From an uncultured delta proteobacterium (GTDB taxonomy: Bacteria; Desulfobacterota; Binatia; UBA9968), in contig CAWFJP010000004.1 in NCBI GenBank assembly GCA_963816145.1, forward strand, positions 320,001 through 384,000: a stretch of 64,000 nucleotides of DNA. Direction: 5' to 3'. Below, one piece after another: positions 9,861 to 19,754 of the stretch (position 1 is the first letter of the stretch; every line of letters begins with the position of its first letter). Position numbers and translations under genes: made by a program. The notes under the pieces were generated by a model that did not search any database, was not told the DNA's origin, and saw only the letters and a program-made list of their open reading frames with translations.

Positions 9861-12182
9861 ATGATTTTACGACCGATCTCTTTTACGATCACCGCGCTGC
9901 TCGCGCTGGCGCCGTGGACCTCGTCTGTGGGCGCAGCCCAGGCGCCGCAACCGGGTGCTAATGATCCCGCGGCGGTAATTAACTTGCAGGCCGACAAGTT
10001 GTCGTCGAGTGACAGTGGCAATCAGATCGAAGCCACCGGCAATGTTGAGATCAAACGGGAATTAACTACGCTCAAGGCTAACGAACTGCGAATGAACCGG
10101 GCGACCCAGGATGTCGAAGCTGAGGGCCGGGTGACGCTGGACGATCCGGAATGGAAGATCAAGTCCGCCGACTCGATCCGCATGAACATGGAAAAGGAAA
10201 CCGGCGAGCTGCACAACGCCGACCTTTTCCTGGAACAGGGCCATATCAGCATGTCGGGGCGCCGCTTGGAGAAATTTGGCGGCCAGACCTATCACATCGA
10301 CGACGGCTTTTTTACCACCTGTCTGTGCGAATCCGGCGCGCCATCGTGGAAATTTTCCGCTGAGCAGATGGATCTCACCCTTCAGGGCACGGGAACGATC
10401 AAAAACGGTGTGTTCTACATCCTGGATTACCCGGTGCTCTACATTCCCTATGGATATTTCCCGCTACGCAGTGAGCGTCAGACCGGTTTACTATTTCCCA
10501 AAGTCGGCACCTCGAGCCACGACGGTTTTCGCTTTCTGCAACCCTTTTTTTGGGCGATCTCAAAAAACAGCGATGCTACGTTGTCCGCTGACATTGAGAC
10601 GAACTCGCGGTTTGGCGTCATCGGCGAATATCGCACACTTTTCGATCGCAACTCGGACTTCAAACTTGAATCATCGTATTTTAATGAAAATTGGCGAACC
10701 AACTACGACATAGCCGACCCAACCATCGCCGATCCGAATATTCCCAAACACCGCTGGAACCTTTTCGGCTCGCACCGTTATACCACGGCCTCCGATTGGC
10801 TTACCTACAGCGACACTGCGGCATACAGCGATGATTTGTTTACCCGTGAACTGATGGGGCGGCTGGATTTGTCGATTAGCCAGGAGGCGAATATTCTCCG
10901 CAGCCGTTACGGCGAGTCGCGCATGGGTTTGTTCAAAAACTGGGGCGATACCTTCGTCAAAGGGGAGTTCAATTTTTACCAAGACTTCATTCAGCCCGAT
11001 AAGACCACGTATTTGCGCACGCCGGAGGTTGGGTTTTGGGGCCGACGTTTATTCCCGGGATTTCCGTTGGAGCTGCGTTGGTCGGCGGATGGCATAAACT
11101 ATCTTCGGCGCGACCGCGGTGACGGTCTCCGTTTCGATCTCCGGCCGGAATTCGTGCTGCCGTTCAAACTCGCTTCGGTTGTGAACGGGTCATTGAGTGT
11201 CGCGCCACGCGAAACCTTCTATCATTTGTACAGCACGCCGGTGAATTCTACAGCGCATAATGTGTCACGCGAGCTGGTCGAAATTCGCAGTAATTTTAAC
11301 ACTGCGTTGAGCCGGGTCTTCGCGGTCGATAGCCTGGGCCTAAAGCAGATCAAGCATGTTTTGGAACCTGAGATCAGTTATCTATTTGTCCCGGGGGTCA
11401 ATCAAGACAAGATTCCCATTATGGACAACATCGATCGGGTTAACCGCCGCAATGTACTTACCTTTGCTGTCAATAACCGCCTATGGGGAAAATCCCCCAG
11501 TCCTCTCACCGATCAAGACTTAGACCGCAGTACCGAGTATCTTAGCCCGGCAGTGACGGGCGATGTCCAGGAGTTCGCATCGTTTCGGATGGCGTTGTCT
11601 TATGATATCGATAAGGAGCGCAATGGCAGCGATAGCCTGTCCGATCTCGATTTTCGTTTGCGTTTGACACCCCGGGGGTTTCTCGACCTTGATTTGATCG
11701 GCGGCTTGAACCCCGGACCATGGTCCATTACCCAGATGCTCGCCAGTGTGGCGATCACAGACCCGCGGCCTTTATTCCGGCGCTCGCTCGATGCCGATTT
11801 CAACCGGCCTAATACCTTTGGTTTGAGTTTTCACTTCTTGCGCCGCGGGCCAAATAGTTTTCTCGCCGATAATGCCAATGCCGACGTAGATTTGTGCTCA
11901 ACCACTCCGAACAACCCCAATTGCAAAAAAAACACCGTGGGAAATATCATCAACAATCTTTTATACCGTGTCACCGACAACCTGCTGTTCAATTTCAACA
12001 GTACTTACGACGTCCGGGATAGCCGCTTCATCGGTTTTCGGGCGATCAGTAAGTTTCTGTCGTTTTGCGAGTGTTGGACAGTGACCTTTGGTGTTTCGCA
12101 CAGCGTTAACCCGGATAAAACCAGCTTCAGTGTGGACTTCAGTTTACTCGGGCTGGGCAATCCGAAAACTTCATTGAAGTAG
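9861..12182 (+). CDS. lptD: LPS-assembly protein LptD
   Basis: Signal peptide, OstA-like N-domain (QADKL, FTTC), RQTGLLFP, KHVLEPEISY and a beta-barrel C-terminus with CECW. Confidence 0.9.
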   Translation: MILRPISFTITALLALAPWTSSVGAAQAPQPGANDPAAVINLQADKLSSSDSGNQIEATGNVEIKRELTTLKANELRMNRATQDVEAEGRVTLDDPEWKIKSADSIRMNMEKETGELHNADLFLEQGHISMSGRRLEKFGGQTYHIDDGFFTTCLCESGAPSWKFSAEQMDLTLQGTGTIKNGVFYILDYPVLYIPYGYFPLRSERQTGLLFPKVGTSSHDGFRFLQPFFWAISKNSDATLSADIETNSRFGVIGEYRTLFDRNSDFKLESSYFNENWRTNYDIADPTIADPNIPKHRWNLFGSHRYTTASDWLTYSDTAAYSDDLFTRELMGRLDLSISQEANILRSRYGESRMGLFKNWGDTFVKGEFNFYQDFIQPDKTTYLRTPEVGFWGRRLFPGFPLELRWSADGINYLRRDRGDGLRFDLRPEFVLPFKLASVVNGSLSVAPRETFYHLYSTPVNSTAHNVSRELVEIRSNFNTALSRVFAVDSLGLKQIKHVLEPEISYLFVPGVNQDKIPIMDNIDRVNRRNVLTFAVNNRLWGKSPSPLTDQDLDRSTEYLSPAVTGDVQEFASFRMALSYDIDKERNGSDSLSDLDFRLRLTPRGFLDLDLIGGLNPGPWSITQMLASVAITDPRPLFRRSLDADFNRPNTFGLSFHFLRRGPNSFLADNANADVDLCSTTPNNPNCKKNTVGNIINNLLYRVTDNLLFNFNSTYDVRDSRFIGFRAISKFLSFCECWTVTFGVSHSVNPDKTSFSVDFSLLGLGNPKTSLK

Positions 12183-12210
12183 CGGCAAGATTCGGGTTCG
12201 GTGCATCGCT

Positions 12211-13119
12211 TCAACTCCGGTCAACCTGCGATTGCCTGCGGTTAGCGTCCAGCATGCCGAGGTAGTGATAGATGCGGCCTTTGCTGCGATAGCGCTTACG
12301 CTCTTTCCCTATCAGAGTGTAAAAAACGTACTCGATGGCGACACGGGTGAGACTAAAGAGCATGGATGCTGTGCTACGTTTTCGAATCAGGAATCGGCTG
12401 CCGCCCTGCTGCCAGTGAATCTGTTTGAAATACTCCTCGGTCAAGCGCCGGCGGTCGACCCCATGGTAAACCATCGCCTGCGGCGCATAGCCGATGGCAA
12501 TGCCCGCGCGAGTCAGGCGGCGCGCGAAGTCGACGTCTTCCGAGGTCCCCGACGCGCCAGGCCCGAGGCGTTCGTCGAAGCCTCCGGCCCGGTCAAACGC
12601 GGTGCGAGAGACGAAGAAGTTGGCGCCGTTCAAGGAATGCACGGACCTTACGTCTCGCGGGTGTTCGAGTCTCGGGATCGTGCGATAGCGTTCAACCAAT
12701 TTGACGAGATCCGGATCGTTCTGGGCCGGTGCTTGCAACCGGATGGCCCCCTGTCCCGCCTCGAAGGTGCCGGTTCGAAAAAAATCATCGACGGCGGTGA
12801 GCCAATTCTTATCAACGACCACATCGTCGTCGAGAAAGGCGAAGACATCGCCGTTCGCCGCCTTGACGGCATCGTTAATCGCCGCGGATTTCCCGGGCCG
12901 TACTACGCCCAAGACTCGAAGCGTTATCGGAAAATCTTTGGCGACGTTGGCGGTGAAATCATCGGTGCCGTCATCCGAACCATTGTTGGCTACGATGACT
13001 TCCGGGCGAATCGCTCCGATATTGTCGGCGCCGCGCAGACTCTCTAAAAGCTCGCCGAGGGTCAGCTCGCGATTTTTCGTGGGGATGATGATGGAAAGAC
13101 TGAAAGATCGTGCATTCAT
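12211..13119 (-). CDS. glycosyltransferase family 2
   Basis: SIIIPTKNR, NNGSDD, AFLDDD, GGFDERLG, SEDVDF. Confidence 0.92.
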   Translation of the reverse strand: MNARSFSLSIIIPTKNRELTLGELLESLRGADNIGAIRPEVIVANNGSDDGTDDFTANVAKDFPITLRVLGVVRPGKSAAINDAVKAANGDVFAFLDDDVVVDKNWLTAVDDFFRTGTFEAGQGAIRLQAPAQNDPDLVKLVERYRTIPRLEHPRDVRSVHSLNGANFFVSRTAFDRAGGFDERLGPGASGTSEDVDFARRLTRAGIAIGYAPQAMVYHGVDRRRLTEEYFKQIHWQQGGSRFLIRKRSTASMLFSLTRVAIEYVFYTLIGKERKRYRSKGRIYHYLGMLDANRRQSQVDRS

Positions 13120-13289
13120 GGTGCAAATTAACGGCTCTTTTAGTGTTTTTTGGAGGCCCGCGCCAGCATGTTATCAAGATAAACAAATTTGATCACAATA
13201 CAGACAATTTTTAACGTTTAAATAGTTGCTTGCATAAATTAATTAAGATACTAAATCTCTCTATGGTTGCTAGCCTAACGGCGCCAGCT

Positions 13290-13521
13290 AGGCGTATCCT
13301 GCAGTGCGGCCGCCTTGCCCGCTCGGGTCGTCGTAATCATTTTAACTTCGGTCTGTAGGTCGTTTGTTGCGCCTTGCACCATGGCCCGGGAGTCGTTATC
13401 GGCAACAATGATCTCGGGCCGGAGTTCGGTTAAGCCGTTCAGCCTCTTTAGGCTGGGAAAAGTTGCGCCAACGCCGGTGCTCGATCTTTTGTCGGTATTA
13501 TGCTGCTTGGGCGAAGCTCAT
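13290..13521 (-). pseudogene. degraded N-terminal fragment of a GT2 paralogous to 12211-13119
   Basis: Minus strand, read across frameshifts: IIPTKDRAPALAQLF / LRPEIIVADNDS...TRAGKAAALQD. The intact gene has IIPTKNRELTLGELL...IRPEVIVANNGS...VRPGKSAAIND. ATG with GAGGGA upstream at 13521. Confidence 0.75.
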
Positions 13522-13635
13522 TCCCTCTGATCTTTCCGAATTGCTCAGCACGGCTTGCTCATGAACCCGGCTTGATCCCATAACCTCTAGGCAATAGGTC
13601 TGAGATGACAAACTCTATTAAATTTGCTAAATGAA

Positions 13636-13651
13636 CGGTACAGTAATTGCC
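13636..13651 (+). promoter_or_regulatory. putative sigma54 -24/-12 promoter upstream of wzm
   Basis: CGGTACAGTAATTGCC has GG and TTGC at canonical spacing, about 60 nt before the wzm ATG. Confidence 0.4.
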
Positions 13652-13710
13652 AATTGCTGTGCTTCAACTAGGATACCACGCTCAAATCAGCATCGACCCT
13701 CCACCGTCCC

Positions 13711-14478
13711 ATGACATCCCTATATCAGTACCGCGAGCTTATTCGCAATCTCGTTGTGAAGGATCTTAAGCTAAAATATCGGGATTCGACGATCGGTTTT
13801 ATCTGGTCGTTGGTGAATCCGCTGCTATTGATTCTTGTTTATAGCTTCGTTTTTAGCAACATCCTCAAGGGTGGCATACCGAACTTCTCGTATTTCTTAC
13901 TGATCGGTATCTTGCCTTGGAATTTTTTCGCTCAGTCGATCATGATGTCGACCGGTTCAATCCTGGACAATGGCGGACTGATTAGAAAAGTTGCCATGCC
14001 GATGGAGGTTTTTCCGGTCGCCACGGTACTCTTCAACTTGGTTCAACTTGTTCTGGCGTTATTGGTTTTTGCGCCTATGTCTTTCTGGTTCTTTCAAGTG
14101 CCGATGGCCTGGGTTACCCTATGGTTTTTCCCCTTGCTGATCTTGCACATGCTCTTTACCATTGGTCTGAGTTTCTTGATCTCGACAGCGACCATCTTTT
14201 ACCGTGATGTGCGCCATTTTGTCGAGATCGCCTTGACGCTGTTATTCTGGCTTACACCGGTTATTTACGATATTGGCAGCGTTCCGGAATCTTTCCGCTC
14301 GGTCATTTACTGGAATCCGCAGTCCTTCTTTATCCTGAGTTATCAAGACATTCTTTATCGTCAAGCGGCGCCTGAAAATTCTCGAGTCGCGATCTTGATA
14401 TTATTGACGGTGGCGTCACTGACGATCGGCTACCAAGTGCATCGTCATTATAAGGCTCGGTTTGCCGAAGAGGTTTGA
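13711..14478 (+). CDS. wzm: ABC-2 polysaccharide/O-antigen export permease Wzm
   Basis: DLKLKYRDSTIGFIWSLVNPL, LPWNFF, FYRDV, WLTPVIY, WNP. About six TM helices. Confidence 0.93.
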   Translation: MTSLYQYRELIRNLVVKDLKLKYRDSTIGFIWSLVNPLLLILVYSFVFSNILKGGIPNFSYFLLIGILPWNFFAQSIMMSTGSILDNGGLIRKVAMPMEVFPVATVLFNLVQLVLALLVFAPMSFWFFQVPMAWVTLWFFPLLILHMLFTIGLSFLISTATIFYRDVRHFVEIALTLLFWLTPVIYDIGSVPESFRSVIYWNPQSFFILSYQDILYRQAAPENSRVAILILLTVASLTIGYQVHRHYKARFAEEV

Positions 14479-14482
14479 GGAG

Positions 14483-15232
14483 ATGGCGGGTCGAATCGAT
14501 ATCGTCAGTGTATCCAAAGCGTTTTCGATTCGCCACAATCGCTCGAATTCGCTCAAATCGTCATTTGTCGGAATCTTTCACCCGCGTTACCAGGAGCGCG
14601 TGGAAGAGTTTTGGGCCCTGCGCGATATCAACTTGGAGATCCAGCCCGGTGAATCTTTCGGCATCATCGGTCGGAATGGCTCCGGCAAGAGCACGCTTTT
14701 GAGAATCATCGCGGGGATTTATTCCCCCTCGTCGGGCGAAATTCGCATGCCGAAAAATATCCGCGTCGGCGCCATGATCGAGCTCGGGGTGGGCTTTCAT
14801 CCGGAGCTAACCGGACGAGAAAATGTCTTTTTGGGTGCTTCGATCCACGGACTCTGTCGTAAGGAAATCGAGGCGCTGTATCCGGCCATCGTCGAGTTCG
14901 CGGAGTTGGAGGAGTTCATGGATACCGCGATGAAAAATTATTCCTCCGGCATGCAGGCGCGCCTCGGCTTCGCGTTGGCGGTTAATCTCAATCCCGATCT
15001 TTTTATCATCGATGAAGTCCTCTCCGTGGGAGACGAAGCCTTTCAGCAGAAATGCGTCAAGCAAATTGAAGCGTTTCAAGCCCTGGGCAAGACTATCATT
15101 TTCGTTTCACATAGCCCGGAGGTCGTCAAAAGCATTTGCAGTCGGGTCTGCGTCTTGGATCACGGCTCATTGGTCTATTTGGGAGAGGCTCAAGAGGCGA
15201 TTGAACATTATCACGCTCGCCTGCCGCATTAG
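14483..15232 (+). CDS. wzt: ABC polysaccharide export ATPase Wzt, without C-terminal carbohydrate-binding module
   Basis: GRNGSGKSTL, GFHPELTGREN, YSSGMQARL, IIDEVLSVGD, VSH. Ends right after the NBD (249 aa). Confidence 0.93.
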   Translation: MAGRIDIVSVSKAFSIRHNRSNSLKSSFVGIFHPRYQERVEEFWALRDINLEIQPGESFGIIGRNGSGKSTLLRIIAGIYSPSSGEIRMPKNIRVGAMIELGVGFHPELTGRENVFLGASIHGLCRKEIEALYPAIVEFAELEEFMDTAMKNYSSGMQARLGFALAVNLNPDLFIIDEVLSVGDEAFQQKCVKQIEAFQALGKTIIFVSHSPEVVKSICSRVCVLDHGSLVYLGEAQEAIEHYHARLPH

Positions 15233-15535
15233 ATATTGACTCGATAGTGTATCAATTCCCGCAATGGTTAGCCGAAAGATTTTCGAATATCACTTTGCGC
15301 TGGTACTCAACAGGCGAGCAACGGACCAAGAAGCAGAATTATAATGGGGGAAGTTCCTGCCATTAATTAAGCTGCCTGTCCGTCTGTCTCTTCCGCCGTT
15401 TTACCGCTACCACAAAACGGCTCTTTGCAGGTTATTTGCTTCGATATTAATCAGCCTCGCAATCCAAGTCGATAGCGTTTGCACCGATTTTGCGGGATCC
15501 CGGGTTACATGGTACTTTCGCCGGAAAGCGATGTC

Positions 15536-16018
15536 ATGAATTATGCCACCGATCCTCAGAGTCGTGCCGTGAGAGGGCAGATCTACTTGCTGCTAGTCGT
15601 GGCATTAGTCGCATACTTGGGAGGTTGTACGATGTCGGACGCTCAACCCACCGAGAAAAAGGCCGGATGGACAACGAAAGTCGCGCCGGAATTAATAAAT
15701 CTGTATGACGAATATTCGCGCTACCTGGCTTCAGGTAAGTCCGGCGAGTTCAAATCGACCCATTCGTTGGTACCGGTCATTGATGATCGTGTGGTGATCG
15801 ACGCGGTGGCGTCTGGTGATGCGACCATTCTCAAAGCGGACCTAGAGTCCCTCGGGATGCAACGCGCGGTTGCCTTCGGTCGCATCGTCTCAGGCCAGCT
15901 GCCAATTTTGGCAATCTCCCGTATGGCGACACTACCTAGCTTGAATTTTGCCAGGGCGGCCTCTGCCGTTTTGCAAGGCGGCGGATCTCCGGTTCGTCCT
16001 GGGCCGCTTCCTCAATAG
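15536..16018 (+). CDS. lipoprotein consisting of a stand-alone subtilase propeptide-like domain
   Basis: Hydrophobic stretch plus lipobox LGG-C. Core is 31/41 aa identical to the prodomain of the next gene. Start codon uncertain (15536 or 15569). Confidence 0.8.
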   Translation: MNYATDPQSRAVRGQIYLLLVVALVAYLGGCTMSDAQPTEKKAGWTTKVAPELINLYDEYSRYLASGKSGEFKSTHSLVPVIDDRVVIDAVASGDATILKADLESLGMQRAVAFGRIVSGQLPILAISRMATLPSLNFARAASAVLQGGGSPVRPGPLPQ

Positions 16019-16046
16019 TTGATTGGCAGACAACGAGGGAAATTGC

Positions 16047-18515
16047 ATGAAACGATGGGTTTTGGGTTTGTTTGCCGTCATTCTGCTCCCTTGCCTTGGC
16101 AGCAACATCGCGCAGGCTCAAGCCAATAAGAGTGACCCCATGGCCAAGCTAACGCAAAGCTTGGTAACTCTCCACGATCGCTTTACCACACACTTGGCAC
16201 AACGCAGCGCGGCGTCGTTTAGATCCGCTGATCCTTTAGTCTCGCTGGTGGCCGATCGTGTTGTCGTCGATGCGGTTGCTGCTGGTGATGTTGATTTACT
16301 TAAAGCAGATTTGGTGTCGTTGGGAATGCGCAATGCAGTCTCCTTTGGACGGGTCGTCTCGGGCCAGCTGCCTATCGCCGCGCTTCCCGCCGCCGCGGGA
16401 CTGGCAAACCTGGGGTTCGCACGATCCACCGCTGCCATAACCAGTGCCGGTAGCGTGACGAGCCAGGGCGATCAAGCGATCCGTTCCAATGTGGCGCGGG
16501 CCACTTACGGGGTGGATGGGAGCGGGGTCACAGTGGGAGCCCTGTCAGATAGCTTTAACTGTCTCGGCGGCGCCACGGCAGACATCACTAGCGGGGACCT
16601 ATCGCCAGTAACCGTGGTCCAGGAGATTGGGAGCTGCGGCGCCGGTACCGACGAGGGCCGGGCCATGCTGCAAATCGTCCATGACGTCGCCCCCGGGGCT
16701 AGTTTGGCCTTTGCCACTGCGTTTAATGGCTCGGCTTCTTTTGCGGCGAACATTCAGTCGCTCGCGGCGGCCGGAGCGAAAGTAATCGTCGATGATGTAA
16801 TTTATTTAGCCGAGCCAATGTTTCAGGACGGTATCATCGCCCAGGCGGTCAATAACGTGGTCTCGGGAGGTGCCGCTTATTTCTCGGCGGCCGGCAACCA
16901 AGGTCGCGACGGTTATGAAAGCGCCTTCCGGCCAGGTGATGTCTTCGCGGCCAACGCGTTTCCGGGTGCACCCGCTTTTCTCGGTGGCACAGCCCACAAT
17001 TTCAATGCCAGCGGCGGCAACGATCCTTTCCAAAGCATCACGATCCCGGCAGGTACCACTGTCTCTGTTAGCCTACAATGGGACTCGCCGTTTTTTTCAG
17101 CTTGCCCTCCATCGACAAGCAACTGCCAAAGGACGCAAAACAATCTCGACCTCTATATTTTAGATGCCTCTGCAAGCGTAGTCATAGCCGGAGTTACAAC
17201 CAACAATATCATCAGCGGCGATGCGGTCGAGCTCCTCGGAGTCATGGTCACCGGCTCAACGCCACTTACCGTGAATCTCATGATCGTCAATCGCTCGGGA
17301 CCTAACCCGGGTTTGATTAAGTACGTTTATTTTGTTTCTGGTGCAGCACCGACGATCAACGAGTACGCCACAAACAGCGGCACGCTCTACGGCCATGCCA
17401 ACGCAGTTGGCGCGGAATCGGTGGGTGCGGCTGCCTACTTTAACACTCCAGCATTCGGTGTTTCTCCGCCGGTTTTAAATTCCTATTCTTCATCAGGGTC
17501 GACCCCTATTCTTTTTGACTTGGCAGGTAACCGGCTTACCAATCCCGAACTCCGTGCCAAGCCGGAGATTGTCGCCCCGGATGGCGGCGACACGACATTC
17601 TTTGGCTCCCTATATCCAGATGGAAATGGATTCCCCAACTTCTTTGGCACGTCGGCCTCGGCGCCTCATGCGGCGGGTGTAGCGGCACTAATGTTACAGA
17701 GGAGACCGACGTTAGTGCCGGCCGGATTATACGCAAGTCTGGAAAGCACCGCGATTGATATGGGCGTGCCAGGCTTCGATAGTGACAGCGGATTTGGCCT
17801 TATTCAGGCCGATGCGGCCCTAGTGATAAACGAAGTTTTTGTTCGTCAACAGTATTTGGATTTTTTGGATCGGGAGCCGGATTCTGGGGGCTTTGCGGGC
17901 TGGGTGAATGTATTGGACAACGGCTTACCGAGGGCGAGTTTGATCGAAGCATTCATGGATTCGGGGGAATTTCACTTTAAGGGGGAATTCATCGCCCAGG
18001 TTTATTTGGGGATTTTGACTCGGGATGCTGAATATAGTGGATTTCGGGGTTGGTTAGGGTTATTGCTCGCAGGAGCATCTCCAGAGCAGATTGTACAGGC
18101 GTTTTTAGTCTCGGGTGAATTTCAGTCTAGGTTTGGCAGCAATCTAACCAACGCACAGTTTGTCGAGCGGATGTACAATAATATATTGCTACGGCCGTCA
18201 GATCCTGGGGGATTTAATGGTTGGGTACAGGTATTAAACAGCGGGCAGCTGACTAGGGCACAGGTGGCGTTGAGTTTTTTGGATTCGGGAGAGTTTCAGA
18301 ATCTGGATGTGAGCCAGAATAGGGTGGACCTATCGCTTTTGTATTTCGATATGCTGCGGCGGGATCCTGATGCTGGGAGTTTTTCGGCGTGGGTAGGGGA
18401 TCTCGATGCTGGAGTACCATTCACATCGGTGCTAGAGGGCTTTCTGAACTCTATCGAATATAAAACGCGAATTGCCGCACTGGTGGCATCCTTGCAATTT
18501 TCCTCTAGGCTCTGA
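16047..18515 (+). CDS. secreted S8/S53-like serine peptidase with C-terminal DUF4214-like repeats
   Basis: Signal peptide (AQA-QA), prodomain, GVTVGALSDS, TDEGRAM, SAAGN, FFGTSASAPH. The C-terminal ~220 aa are FV..Y...L.R.PD..G...W...L...F..S.EF repeats. Confidence 0.9.
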   Translation: MKRWVLGLFAVILLPCLGSNIAQAQANKSDPMAKLTQSLVTLHDRFTTHLAQRSAASFRSADPLVSLVADRVVVDAVAAGDVDLLKADLVSLGMRNAVSFGRVVSGQLPIAALPAAAGLANLGFARSTAAITSAGSVTSQGDQAIRSNVARATYGVDGSGVTVGALSDSFNCLGGATADITSGDLSPVTVVQEIGSCGAGTDEGRAMLQIVHDVAPGASLAFATAFNGSASFAANIQSLAAAGAKVIVDDVIYLAEPMFQDGIIAQAVNNVVSGGAAYFSAAGNQGRDGYESAFRPGDVFAANAFPGAPAFLGGTAHNFNASGGNDPFQSITIPAGTTVSVSLQWDSPFFSACPPSTSNCQRTQNNLDLYILDASASVVIAGVTTNNIISGDAVELLGVMVTGSTPLTVNLMIVNRSGPNPGLIKYVYFVSGAAPTINEYATNSGTLYGHANAVGAESVGAAAYFNTPAFGVSPPVLNSYSSSGSTPILFDLAGNRLTNPELRAKPEIVAPDGGDTTFFGSLYPDGNGFPNFFGTSASAPHAAGVAALMLQRRPTLVPAGLYASLESTAIDMGVPGFDSDSGFGLIQADAALVINEVFVRQQYLDFLDREPDSGGFAGWVNVLDNGLPRASLIEAFMDSGEFHFKGEFIAQVYLGILTRDAEYSGFRGWLGLLLAGASPEQIVQAFLVSGEFQSRFGSNLTNAQFVERMYNNILLRPSDPGGFNGWVQVLNSGQLTRAQVALSFLDSGEFQNLDVSQNRVDLSLLYFDMLRRDPDAGSFSAWVGDLDAGVPFTSVLEGFLNSIEYKTRIAALVASLQFSSRL
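17941..18418 (+). repeat. 478-bp direct repeat copy 1 (DUF4214-coding), near-identical to 22799-23276
   Basis: Manual alignment: 8 mismatches in 478 nt, no indels. Confidence 0.92.
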
Positions 18516-19506
18516 AAAGGTTTGGGAAATCGCATAGAGTGAAGTGATAAATTTGTTCAGTCGAGCTAGAAGTGTCCGGCAGGTTTCACAATAAAATCGG
18601 TTGGTTAGTGTTGTCGCACAACAGTTCGTTGGTTGACGCGTAGGTAAGGCGCTGGAACAAAGAATTATTCTCCAACGGTGCAATGCTCAGAATCTGTAAC
18701 TTTTCGTGCAAGGACAAATCTCAATTGAGACGCTAACGAACGCTGGCGACTAATTTGGGAATCTCTGAACAAGTCTTCTGTAAAGTCGTCTAAAATCCAA
18801 AACCGGTAAGAATGTCCAGTTTTTCAATGGGACAAAATCGCGGGAACAAGTGAATCGTTGTTGGTTGAGGTTCGACGGTCGCCAACATGCCGAGCGCAAT
18901 TTTTGCACCCTCCCAGAGAGGCCCTGGACTATCAAACCGGGTATTTTTTGTTACAACAGAAAAACTACACATCGGGTCCGAGACGGATTGCGTAAAAGCG
19001 GTGCGGCTCGCGAGCGTCGCCATTAGGTCAAGACTTGCCGCGATTCGTTCCAATCCACCTTACCCGGACCAAGATCATAACGGGCACCGATAAGCATTCT
19101 CGGCTGAATGGTTCCTCATGCAGCAGGTCAGCGCCCCCAATAGTAACTAAACAAGGCCGAAACAGCTTTGCTACAGTAGCGCGTTAGTGAATCGTTGTTA
19201 GGCACCGGATGAATATAGCTGTTATTACCAAATAGCTTCTATTAATTACAGCAATTACACAATAGTTACTAGGCCTTCATAAGCATAGCTCGGGAAAAAA
19301 TTTTGTCGATGACTCTTACTTCATCGGTGGCGAGGATCGTAGTTGTAGCTAAACGCCTACGCATCACCTGTCTGATTTTCGAGTCACCAACTGACAAAAC
19401 TGTTCCTTCTTCACCATTCGATGGTCAGAACTGAACAAAAAAATATAACCGGTTTCCCCCAGGGAACAGCGGAGCGTCACAGACGGCAAGGGTGTGCGTT
19501 TAGAGT

Positions 19507-19549
19507 TGACACAAGTGTCATGTCCGAAGGCTGTGGCATCAACCCTGCT
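19507..19549 (+). promoter_or_regulatory. palindrome TGACAC-AA-GTGTCA plus putative sigma54 promoter TGGCATCAACCCTGCT
   Basis: Perfect 6-bp-arm palindrome at 19507-19520. GG/GC at -24/-12 spacing at 19534-19549, about 110 nt upstream of the riboswitch. Confidence 0.55.
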
Positions 19550-19658
19550 TAAGACGATCCAAGAAATTTTTAAAATTGTTGCACGGGTTTAATAGAAAAT
19601 GCGGGTTGGTTGCATAAGTGCTCGAAAACTTTCAACCAAAGCACTCGATAAGACTAAC

Positions 19659-19754
19659 GGTCGAAAAAGGCAATCCATCCGCAAGGGTAGGACGCGAAGT
19701 CACTGACCTGAGTTCCCCTACGCCGGAATACGGTAGCGGGGTTGCCATGCGACC
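19659..19754 (+). ncRNA. cyclic di-GMP-I (GEMM-I) riboswitch, variant
   Basis: P1 GGTCG/CGACC. GGCAATCCATCC-GCAA-GGGTAGGACGCGAAG (P2 with GNRA loop), then P3 ending GGTAGCGGGGTTGCC, as in the V. cholerae Vc2 architecture. Lies in the 5' UTR of the gene at 19809. Confidence 0.88.

Noticed and set aside
19659-19754. cAMP-GMP (GEMM-Ib) riboswitch assignment
   Set aside because: The discriminator position equivalent to Vc2 G20 is G, not A.
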